Assembly (NCBI RefSeq): GCF_000315625.1
Contig: NW_005434663.1
Span: 1,064,360-1,098,122 of the forward strand
Direction of reading: 5' to 3'
Source: Guillardia theta CCMP2712
Lineage: Eukaryota > Protista > Cryptophyta
Length of the DNA stretch: 33,763 nt
The notes beneath the pieces are model-generated. The model worked only from the letters and a program-made list of their open reading frames with translations, was not told the DNA's origin and searched no databases. This document shows positions 11,601 through 21,137 of the stretch, in pieces. The position numbers and the translations under genes are program-made. Each line of letters begins with the position of its first letter. Position 1 is the stretch's first letter.

Positions 11601-13097
11601 GTCTCTACATCATCATTTCAGGTTCTGTCACCCTGTCTCTCCGGGAAGACCCTGCCCTCAAGCTCCGCTCTGAGATCCTCGACCAAATTCAAAAGGTCCG
11701 ACATTTCCCGCTGCTGGCATTCGATTTTATTCTTGTAAGCTCTTTCTTCTCTTCTCATTCTTTCCTAGGGCGACGTCTATGGCGAAGTTGCTATCCTCAT
11801 GGATACCACTAGGTCGATACTCCTCCCTTCACCTTCCCCCCTCTTCCATTCCCCTCACTTCCTCCTCTCTTCTCCGTCCTCTTTCATTGCTCCTTTCCAC
11901 TTGTCTCGCTGTGGCTGAGGGAGGGGCAGGGAGTCGATGGCAGTGTCAGATGGATTTCTCGAGCAGTACGTCCTCTCCTCCTCCAACCTCGAGATCGTCC
12001 TCAACGAGCTTCCCGACGTCAACGAGCGTCTCAAGCAGCGGGCGCAGGTGCGAGCAGAGCAGCTGTTCGGGGGGATCCTGGAGCAGGAGGGGGCGCACTG
12101 GAAAAGGAAGGTCGCCCCCAACAACGCGTTCAAGTGGAGGAGGTTGTGCAGAAAGCTGATGATAAGCAAGGGAACTTCATCGAATGTCTTTTTCTCAAGG
12201 ATATTCAACTTCACAATGGTAAACTCCCTCCTCCTTTACTGCTGCTCCCGTCCTCTTCATACCCTGTACTTTCCTATTCTCTCCTCGCCTTCTCCCTTCT
12301 CTCCGCCTGCCCTCTTCCTCCTCCCCTCCTTCCCCGTTTTTTTCTCCTTACCTTGCTTTTCCTCTCAATTCCTCTCTTCTCCTTTCCCCCTCCTCCCCTC
12401 CTCCCCTTCTCATCTCTCCTCTGCGCTGCTCGCTTCTCCATGCCGCGGTCCTGCACGACCCTTGCCATGCTGATCCTCTGGTCAGGCGCATTCAGACTCC
12501 AACACCAAGGTGAAGGGAAAGCTGACGAAGCGATCCAAAGACAACGACATGTACTTCTCCTTTGACTCCGATGGTCGCAAGTCCCTCAACCTCCACAAGC
12601 CTCTTGCTCACTCCTCCCGCCATGGCTCCTTCGACTCCTCCTCCTCAGCCTCGGCTCTCCTTGCCAACGGCACCTTGCTCAAGCGGGAAGAGGAGGTGCT
12701 GGAAAGATCCATGGTGCTGGTGATGGAGGTGGAAAAGATGATGCTGGAGGCGGTCGAGCTGTGTGGGAAGGAGAAGGAGGAGGGAGGGAGAAGTTTGAAG
12801 GACCAGGAGGAGCTCTTGAAGACTTCCTTGCAGCAACAGCAGCTGCTGGCCTCTCAGCTTCTTCTCCTGCAGAGCTTGATTCGCCCACCTGCCCTCCATC
12901 ATGCCGGTGTCGCACTCGTCTCCTCCTCCAAGCGCAGACTCTCGCAGCCCATGCTGGCGGCATCGATTGGCTTCACCAAGCATTGTGAAATTGAGGAGGA
13001 GACAGAAAGAATGCGGGGAATTGAAGACGAGAAGGATGAGAAGGAGAATGGCGAGGAGAATGGAGCAGCAGGACTATCAGGTAGTGTCAATGTCTAA
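8685..13097 (+). CDS. Voltage-gated K+-selective channel with C-linker and CNBD (KCNH/plant-Shaker/HCN superfamily), ~18 exons
   Basis: Spliced motifs: S1 IHPLSRFFQTWEFLSGILLLYTTWVTPLLIAF; S2 DMAVDLFFITEIFVQFSTG; S4 VRYLRLVRMLRMLRLLK; S5 IAHIGGCLWW; pore YIVSVYFLMATLCTVGYGDI (10425-10465); S6 ERLFAIALMFIGASVFAIIISNM; C-linker FMRQNKLPQALERRV...LADLPVELR; CNBD PGETIYDLGDQADCLYIIISGSV...GDVYGEVAIL. Start codon and some exon borders are tentative. Confidence 0.93.
8745..12498 (+). repeat. Direct segmental repeat, copy 2
   Basis: Matches 1-3755. Confidence 0.97.
9938..10053 (+). repeat. (TCTTGTG)n intronic heptamer repeat, copy 2
   Basis: Same length as 1195-1310; the copy offset is unchanged across it. 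Confidence 0.97.
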
Positions 13098-13176
13098 TTT
13101 ACATGAAAAATCACGGATTCTTTCTTCCTCCTCTTCCTCCTCCTCCACTTGCCTGCTCTCCTTCCTCCTTCCTCCT

Positions 13177-16100
13177 CTACCCCGACAAGAAAGCTGAGCG
13201 CCACACGGTAGAGCAGAAGAATTGCGGCAAGCGCGGGCACGACTCAAGCTGCTGGCAGAGAGGCTGCGAGGAAGAGCCGAAGCCTGCGAGAGGAACAAAG
13301 GGAGAACGTCAGACTAGAAGGCAGAAAGACGGGGGAGACAGGAAAGGAAACAAGTAAAGGTGGAGGTTGAGGTAAAGGGGGAGGCAGAGGGAGGGAGAGA
13401 GAGAGTTAGAGATAAAGAGGAAGGACAGGGAGGGAGGAATCTGTGAGGAGAAGAGGGAGAAGCACCTGGTAGATCCTTGAGGAGTGTGACTTCTGTGCAG
13501 TCCATGCATGAACTATCCTTACATCCTTGAAGAAGACGCTGAAACAAAAGATGAGGAAACGGAGTCACTCACTTTCTGCTTCTGCTTCTGCTTCTGATAC
13601 TGCGTTGCTCCTTTCTCTTGCTGCTGCTGCTTCTGCTCTCGGTACAGCTCCTGCTCCTCCTGCTCCTCCTCCTGCTCTGGCTACAGCTCCTCCTTTTCCT
13701 GCTTCTGCTTCTGCTTCTGCTTCTGCTGCTTCTCTTCCTCCCGTCTTGAATTCTCGAGATCACCATCTTTGAGGCCTCCAACTTCCAGTAGTCGCCTGTC
13801 TTGGGCATGAGCATGGGCACGCACTCGCCTACTTCTCCGTCACTGGCGTCACTTTCACCTCCTCCTACCATCCAGGATGGAGTAGCGCAAGTTAGGCTGA
13901 AAGCGAGGATAGCACGACAGCAGCGTCCCGTTGGCGCTTGCAGGGTCCACAGTCTGCATGTCCGTGAAGATCGCGCTCTTGCTTCAAATGATCCTCTTCA
14001 CTCCCATGCTCTCTCGGCAATTCTTTCTCTCCTCCTCCTCCTCCTCCTCCTCCTTCCTGCCTTCTCCTCTCTTACCTCCTTCACCCAGAAATTGAGGACC
14101 AGGAACTTTCCCTGCCGATTGTCGTCAAGACAGCGTGAGAGGAACTTGAAGCAAGAAGGGAGAGGGGAGAAAGAAGAGCGACAAGCAAACTTGATGAAAG
14201 GAAAGAGCAGGAGTGAAGAGAGAACGAGGAAGGGGTCAGGAGGGAAGGGAGAATGAGGGGGAGGAGAAGGTCACACCCTTCGAGGAGGAGTTGAAAGAAG
14301 GGGAGGTGAGATGAAAACGGTTAGAGGATGACAAAACAACCTTGATGCCCTCAGGGGAGCCAGGAGTACCAGGAATGCTGTAAACAAGTAGATCAAGGTA
14401 GGCAATCACATGAAATCGAGAACACGGGAAACAAGTAGATGGGGGTCAGCAGAGGCCAACAAGTTGGTAGAGGATCGGCCTGTACCTGTCAGGGCAAGAC
14501 TGGAGGGAGGAGACGCAAGTTTGAGAAGCTTCGCACGCATCTGCGAGGCAACCTCAGCAGTCCGCCACCTCTTGCTCCACCCTAACAACCGACAAGTCTG
14601 GTGCAAGCTTGTTCCTGCGCCTTCCGTTAGCAGGTTCCCAGCTAGTTCGAACAGAGAGACTGCCTGGCAGTACTTGTCGCCCTGTCCGGGGATGGAAATG
14701 TCCAGCACAGTGGCTGGAGGGAGGAAGATGACAAGAGGTTGAGAGTAGCAAGAGGTACCTGAGTTGAGCGAGCTTCCAACCTTATCCACCACCACCTGCT
14801 TGCTTCTGTCACGTCCATGCCTACGAAGCTGCAGGTAACCTGCTGGGAGATTTGACCGCTGCAGTCTTTCGTTGACGTGGTTGTGTAGACCTGCAGGTCA
14901 AGTCAGACAGTCCAGAGAGCGGACTGGAGCAGTTCGCACCTTGAACCAGTTGCAGCTGTCAACATTGATCGCTCTTTCTTCCCTGCGTCCACCTTCACTC
15001 CCTGCAGCTTCTCCCTTGAGCTGACCGCGAGCTCATGGCGCTCAATTTTTCGCACGCCCCGGTCCCCGTGATCGCTTCGCTGTTCAATGCACGCGACCCT
15101 CCGCAGCTCGCGCACCCATTGCCGCAGGCAGTCGTGAGCTGGGAAGGAGGTGAGAGGTCAGGCGGGGGGCGCAAGTCGTCACCTCGTTCCTCGAGCAGTC
15201 GTAGCGCATGTAGGTAGGGCTGGCCACGTCATCCTCAAAGACGCAACTTCCGGCTAGAACAGCATCGAAGCTCGTGATCTGCTGAGATTGACCCACTGCT
15301 CACGTGAGAGAGGCAAGAGACCTGAGCTTTGTTGCTGCAGTTGTACGAGTTATCCCACGTTCTCCGCAGAAAGTACGTGGACCTGCTCCAAAGGTGACAG
15401 GAGCACAACCATGAGTGAAGCTTGAGAGAATCGACAAGAATGCCAGGGTAAATCCTCGCACGAATAAAGTGATACATGACAGAGAGCAAGCGATAGACGA
15501 GAACCCAAGGCGAAGCGAGGCAAGAAAGGAAAGGCGAGGTAAGAAAAGGCGAGGCAAGGCGAGGTAAGGTAAGGCAAATGCAAAGGCAAGATAGAGTTTT
15601 TCAATACCTTGGTAGCTGAATGAAGTTGCTGCATTCGATCCTACGATAAAACCCTGACGGAGATAATTTGCAGTCCTCCTGGTTTGCAGTTCAGACGGCA
15701 AGAGAGGGCAGGCAAGGATCGCCTGATTGCAAGATCGGGTGAGGACCTCAGTCTTGGTCTCGGACAAGTTTCTCGCAAGAACTTGCGCCATCACTCGCTT
15801 AGGGTTGCCTGCCCCAGGTAATTGCATAAGCTTTCCTTGGTGTTCAATGTGACAGGACAAACCGGAGCAGGACGGGTTGCTGTAGTAGTACTTGACCGCG
15901 TACCTCGTGACGCAGCGATCGAACTTGCACCCGCGAGCTTCTGCAAGAGCTCGAGTGGACGGCTGAGACGAGGAGGTCAGACAAGCCTGACTGCCGTTCT
16001 TCTCTCACTTGCTGCGAAGGATAATTGGGCGAGCTGCCGACGATTTGCTTGACTTGCTTGGATACAGGATCGAACCACCCGCGGTTGATCTGCGTGATGA

Positions 16101-16667
16101 TGGGGCCGACTACGAGATCGTCGCAGAGAGGTGTCGCACAGATGTCGCAAGACAAGTCGATCTGAGGGCAAGAGGGCGGGTGAGGGTATGGCGGGCGACG
16201 CTAAGGGTGGAACGGTCATCTCACCAGGCTCTGCGCTGTTGCTGTACAGGTAGACAGCTCTCTGTCAAAGTTCAACTGCTTGTGAACCTCGACGAGGGAG
16301 CGGTAGCAAACCTGCGACACCCTCAGGCCCGGAAGATGAATGCGCGTCATACCTTCTCGTTGGGATAGCAGGGCTCAGGCCGAACCTTTGCGAGGAGAAG
16401 AAGCCAAGAGCAGTGAGAGGACGAGAGAATGGAGAGCAAAGAAACAGAGTCTTTCTTCGCCCCCTATCTAGATCTGCCCTCATTCCAACTCTCTCATGCA
16501 AATTCTCCTCAATTTCTCCCTCTCCCTCACCCTGCCTCTCTGAGGTATTTGCAAGCACTTACCTTGTATAAGAGAGCCACTTGTTCGTTCGTTAAGGTGT
16601 CTCCAGCTGCTGCTCCAGCTGACGCTGCAGCTGACGCTGCAGCGATCACGATGACAAGAGGGAGCAT
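13177..16667 (-). CDS. Secreted cysteine-rich hypothetical protein, many small exons
   Basis: Signal-peptide-like start MLPLVIVIAAASAAASAGAAAG, first donor AAG|GTAAGT. Later exons: VRPEPCYPNEK, VCYRSLVEV, IDLSCDICATPLCDD, GCKFDRCVTRYAVKYYYSNPSCSG, YFLRRTWDNSYNCS, YMRYDCSRNE, LTTACGNGCASC, VYTTTSTKDCSG, GECVPMLMPKTGDYWKLE, LQGCKDSSCMDC, LCQQLESCPRLPQFFCSTVWRSAFLSG*. Some internal junctions are unresolved. Confidence 0.7.
13575..13735 (+). repeat. (CTGCTT/CTGCTC)n degenerate hexamer tract, probably intronic
   Basis: Visible repeat lying between the minus-strand donor ATG|GTGATC and acceptor TTTCAG. Confidence 0.75.
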
Positions 16668-17197
16668 GTTTGTATCAAGCGACAAGCAATAAAAAAACAT
16701 CAAACCATTTGACAAGATTTGAAAAGAAGCAGGGCGCGCAAGGACACATGGGACGGCATGTTGTAGATATAGCCTGATGGGAGGGGAAGGGAGGGGAGGG
16801 AGGGGAGGGAGGGAGAGAGATCCTTTTCTATGTTCGAGAGAGGAGGTCGGTCGGAATAATGTGAGAGGAGCCTCAAACAATGAGGCAGCAGACATGCTAC
16901 GGAAATAGTTTGGTTTAAATGAAACGACACCTTGCCTTCGCGCCAGACAGGATCTCGAGATCGACAATCACAATCGCACGTGAACATTCAAGAGCACACA
17001 GTTATGGAAAAGATTGCAGATCTCATTTCTTATCTCATTTCTTTTCTAAAACAACCAATAAAGATTGATCATATCAGTGTAAGAATACAGTTGCGCCAAA
17101 CTGCATCGCACGTGTAGCAACAACAGTCACATGGCACAAAGAATTGCTTTACAGATAGTTCTTGGTATCGAGCTTGTCACAATCATGCCGGCATCAA

Positions 17198-19440
17198 TTA
17201 CAATGCTGACACCCGTTCGTGAAGTTTGAATCTGTTGACGATATGCGGCCGTACATCATCGGCTGAACAGCCAACGTCATCGGCCACAAGACATGCCTCA
17301 ACAATCTACCTGCTGCCAGCGATTCGATGAAGGGTAGAAGCTTCAATAAACACCTGGGATGTTGTCAAACCCCTCACTGCTGGTACACCTCTTGCCTGTC
17401 CGAAGTGTCGCCAAACCAACTCTTGATCGGAATCCCATTCGATAACTACATGCCCAAATCAACAAAAATGACATTAGCCACAAGTATCACAAACTACCTG
17501 GTATCCAAACGCTTGTGGTGAATTGTCAACGATCGCTATTTTTGACAAGTCTCTATTTAGAACCGTTAAATCCTTGACCTGATCCAAAAATTAATGAGTC
17601 ACTGGACACAAGAATTCGTGAGGGTTCAAATGGAAGGTGATTGCTGGGGGTTATACATAATTCTCGTTCACAAAAAGACAAGAGTTTCGAAAAACACGAT
17701 GCCTGCCAAAAAAATCAGGGAACAAAAATGGTTGCAGAAGATTGTCTACTCACTTGATTAGTCGGGAATCGGGGTCAATCAGGTTAAGCAATTTATCTGC
17801 ATAAATACTTTGCGAGGCAGTGAAAACAATGATCTCAAATTTTTCCGCCAGTCTTTCCAGAAATCTTTCAAGAAAATCAGTTCACATCGCCAAGAAAATA
17901 GTCGAAACAAACTCACTCTAGGCAATGCGGTCGAATTTTAACCCAAACATGGTAGTCTTGTTCTTTGAAAGTAACATCAAACTATGAATCGCATAAGACA
18001 CTGACATCATCACTTTCACTGGGAATCAATCAAAACCTGTAAGTGAGACTGTTCCATGAATTCCAGTGAGGCGTGCACAAGGGTCTCATCAAGATCAAGA
18101 ACCTGAAGGACAAAAAGATTACGGTGCACAAATGTAGCACAAAATCATTACCAACGAGACGGAAGGAGCATTTCCAAGTTTCATCGGAATGACTGATGAT
18201 TCAAAGGTCAGAAACGCTCGAATTTCATTGAAAAAAGAATTCAATACCGGGCAGTCCATTTGGTTCTGCTTGGACTCGCTCGAGAGGAGGAAGGTTCTTG
18301 ATGAAATCAAATGGATCGAATTCGTCAAAGTCTTCATCCAAATCTGATTGATTTACAGTAAGAAAACATGTCAGAGTTCGATGGTCTGAAACCTGAATCT
18401 GAGTACTCCGAAGCAAGAGTCGACAGAGAATCATCCTTTTCATCTTTCTTACTACGGTCATCATCAACAACTATGGCTGAATCCTCATCGGCTGATTCAA
18501 GAACAGTGGAGATCGTCGTGATGCTCGAGCCAGTACTCTTCTCGTCAAGGTCATATGCCTCGCTTGTGAAGGCATCCTTGTCCAATTCGCAAATTTCATC
18601 AACACTTTCAAGCTTCTCGAAAATTTCTTGTTTCGAGTTTGCGTCGCAAACTAATTTCTCTGCATACTGTGGTAAGTAATTCAGTTTCACTGGATTGCAT
18701 TCATTTACTGTCAGAGTTCTTGAAAAAGCTCAAAACCGGCGAAAAGACAGGCGAAAAAATGCTTCGAGCCCTTTGGGAAAGAGTTCGCGGAGATAAGCTG
18801 TTGTTATCATACGTGCGACCAGTTTTATCTTCGCCTAGATGATCCGAGCATGAATTGAAGTCCAATGTCTTTGCAGACTGATTGCTTTCAGAATCTAGGA
18901 TACACTCAAAAGTCAGGATCCCACGAAAATTTTCAGGTTGAAAGAAATAAATTGCTCGTTTATCGTGGCAGTCGCAGGATTTTTACAACGCTCAAGGAAG
19001 TTCATCGACACAACCATTCGAATCAATCTTGCATAATGCCTCAGGAAAACACATAATTTCGTGCCATGAATGTGTGTAGTGGTGAGAAAATTCGCTGCAG
19101 CCCCAAAACATTTTGGGAGCGAATTTAGCATCAGGATCATTGACAATCGAGATGCAGTGAATGATTTGATCAACATCAGGCACTATATCAGCACCCCAAA
19201 TAGTAGAATATAACATAGAGCACATGGTCGAATAGATCTACACCCCTCATCACGATAAGGAGTGCAGGGGCTGTCAGATTTCATTCTTCTACTCTACAAT
19301 TGTAGCGAGGTGGCATGCCAACCTTTGCGAGGAGTAGAATAATCGTCTTGGAGAGGTTTCCTCCTCTTGGTCAAAGATCGGTCGGGAGAGGAGGCGATTA
19401 GAGCAGCTGAGCTCGCGCGCTTCGAAGGTGCCGCGTTCAT
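17198..19440 (-). CDS. CTDSPL2: CTD small phosphatase-like protein (SCP/FCP1 HAD family, CTDSPL2-like)
   Basis: [14 protein letters not shown] (DxDxT), [111 protein letters not shown]. Upstream are IFSPVF and [11 protein letters not shown], typical of CTDSPL2. The 5' end (MNAAPSKR...TKRRKP at 19440) is tentative. Confidence 0.92.
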
Positions 19441-19469
19441 GTATGCATAGCGCTGAAGCAGGGGAAGTC

Positions 19470-20160
19470 ACTAAAAGGGGGTAGGGTGAGATCGAATCAT
19501 ATAGAATGGGTAGGGTAACTTTGTACCACTCTTGTCTCAAGATGAGGGGTGGGGAAAGTAATCAAGGGGGTACTAAAGTTCCGAAGGGGTGGAGTCTACG
19601 GGTACAATATGAAAAGAAAAGCAGCCCTGATGGGTGGAGCGAACCGGTGGCACCGAGCGGATGGGAGGGGGTCATCTCTTCCAGTGGTTTTAGAAGGGTA
19701 GGGTGATCGATGGTAGTACGGTGAGTCCTGTACTCTTGTTGTAAGTGGTGTATGTTTCTGTTCTATGACCTAGTCATAGGACCCAGTAGTTCTTTACCCC
19801 CACTTCCTAGAGACATAATGGTACAACCCACCTAGCAAAACCATCCGAGTTCTCCATCTACCCCCAGTTATCGGCATGAGGACCCCCGACCTCCCCTTTG
19901 AAAGAAGTCTAAATTGATCAGAATATCTTGCGAAACACCCTACCCTACCCTACTCTACCCTACCCCATCGGAAGGCCTGACAACGGAAGTACCATCAATC
20001 AACACAGAAAAGCACCCGACCTCGGATACCCTCTCCGAAGGCAAGGGGGTGGGTATCATTTTGTTGAGGGAAAGGTGCTCCAGAAAAGAAGGGAGAACGT
20101 GGGGTCCTCCCCCGACTTGGGTACCAGGGGTATACCTAGAAGGAGGGGTGGTAGGTAGCT
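19470..20160. repeat. GGGGT/GGGTAGGG- and CCCTA-rich intergenic element
   Basis: Many G3-5 runs, plus CCCTACCCTACCCTACTCTACCCTACCCC at 19938-19966. Confidence 0.6.
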
Positions 20161-20560
20161 CGCATTTACCGTTTGAATAAACACTATTAAAATCTGTACC
20201 TGAAGTAATCAAAATGGTACAGCCTTCTTTACTCAAAGGTACAAATGACATTGTAAAATAGTTTTATTGAGTCGAATGTAATATCAGTTCTGACTTTATT
20301 CTGACCCAGCCAAACCTTTGTGATTGGGTTCTCAATATTTCAAATTTAACAGTAGATAAATGCTGTATTTCTCCTCGTGCTGAGAATATACTTCAGGGTC
20401 GGGTCAACTAATAATAACTGAGTGGTAGCGCCGCTCCCGGGCGAACGAGGCCGGAGGCGATGATCATCGCCCACATATCCTTGCCTTCAAGATGTTGTCA
20501 ACCGCTGCAGCGCGCAAATGAGAGTCCGAGCAACTTGAAGCCAGACTGAGACAAGCGGCA

Positions 20561-21086
20561 AGGAGAGACAAGAGGAGAGACAAGAGGAGAGACAAGATGA
20601 GAGACAAGAGGAGAGACAAGAGGAGAGACAAGAGGAGAGACAAGATGAGAGACAAGAGGAGAGACAAGAGGAGAGACAAGAGGAGAGACAAGATGAGAGA
20701 CAAGATGAGAGACAAGAGGAGAGACAAGAGGAGAGACAAGATGAGAGACAAGATGAGAGACAAGATGAGAGACAAGAGGAGAGACAAGATGAGAGACNNN
20801 NNNNNNNNNNNNNNNNNNNNNNNNNNNNNNNNNNNNNNNNNNNNNNNNNNNNNNNNNNNNNNNNNNNNNNNNNNNNNNNNNNNNNNNNNNNNNNNNNGGA
20901 GAGACAAGATGAGAGACAAGAGGAGAGACAAGACGAGAGACAAGATGAGAGACAAGATGAGAGACAAGAGGAGAGACAAGAGGAGAGACAAGATGAGAGA
21001 CAAGATGAGAGACAAGATGAGAGACAAGAGGAGAGACAAGATGAGAGACAAGAGGAGAGACAAGAGGAGAGACAAGACGAGAGACA
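20561..21086 (+). repeat. 12-bp minisatellite GAGACAAGA(G/T/C)GA, interrupted by the assembly gap
   Basis: Directly visible. It is followed by a pyrimidine tract and TTCAG|ATG, so it probably lies in a 5' intron of the BTB gene. Confidence 0.96.
20798..20897. other. Assembly gap (100 N)
   Basis: Run of N. Confidence 1.
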
Positions 21087-21137
21087 TGCATTGTCGCTTT
21101 GACTCAACTTTTGTTCACGATTTATTTTCTTCTTCAG

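Noticed and set aside
1-12498. LTR pair of a retroelement
   Set aside because: The repeats are an intron-containing channel gene, and the interior has no gag, RT or integrase.
13569-13871. Apparent SR-rich splicing factor
   Set aside because: The RS run is the translation of a hexamer repeat that probably lies in an intron; there is no RRM.
19938-19966. Interstitial telomere
   Set aside because: Only ~6 imperfect CCCTA units, and the organism's telomere repeat cannot be established from this window.
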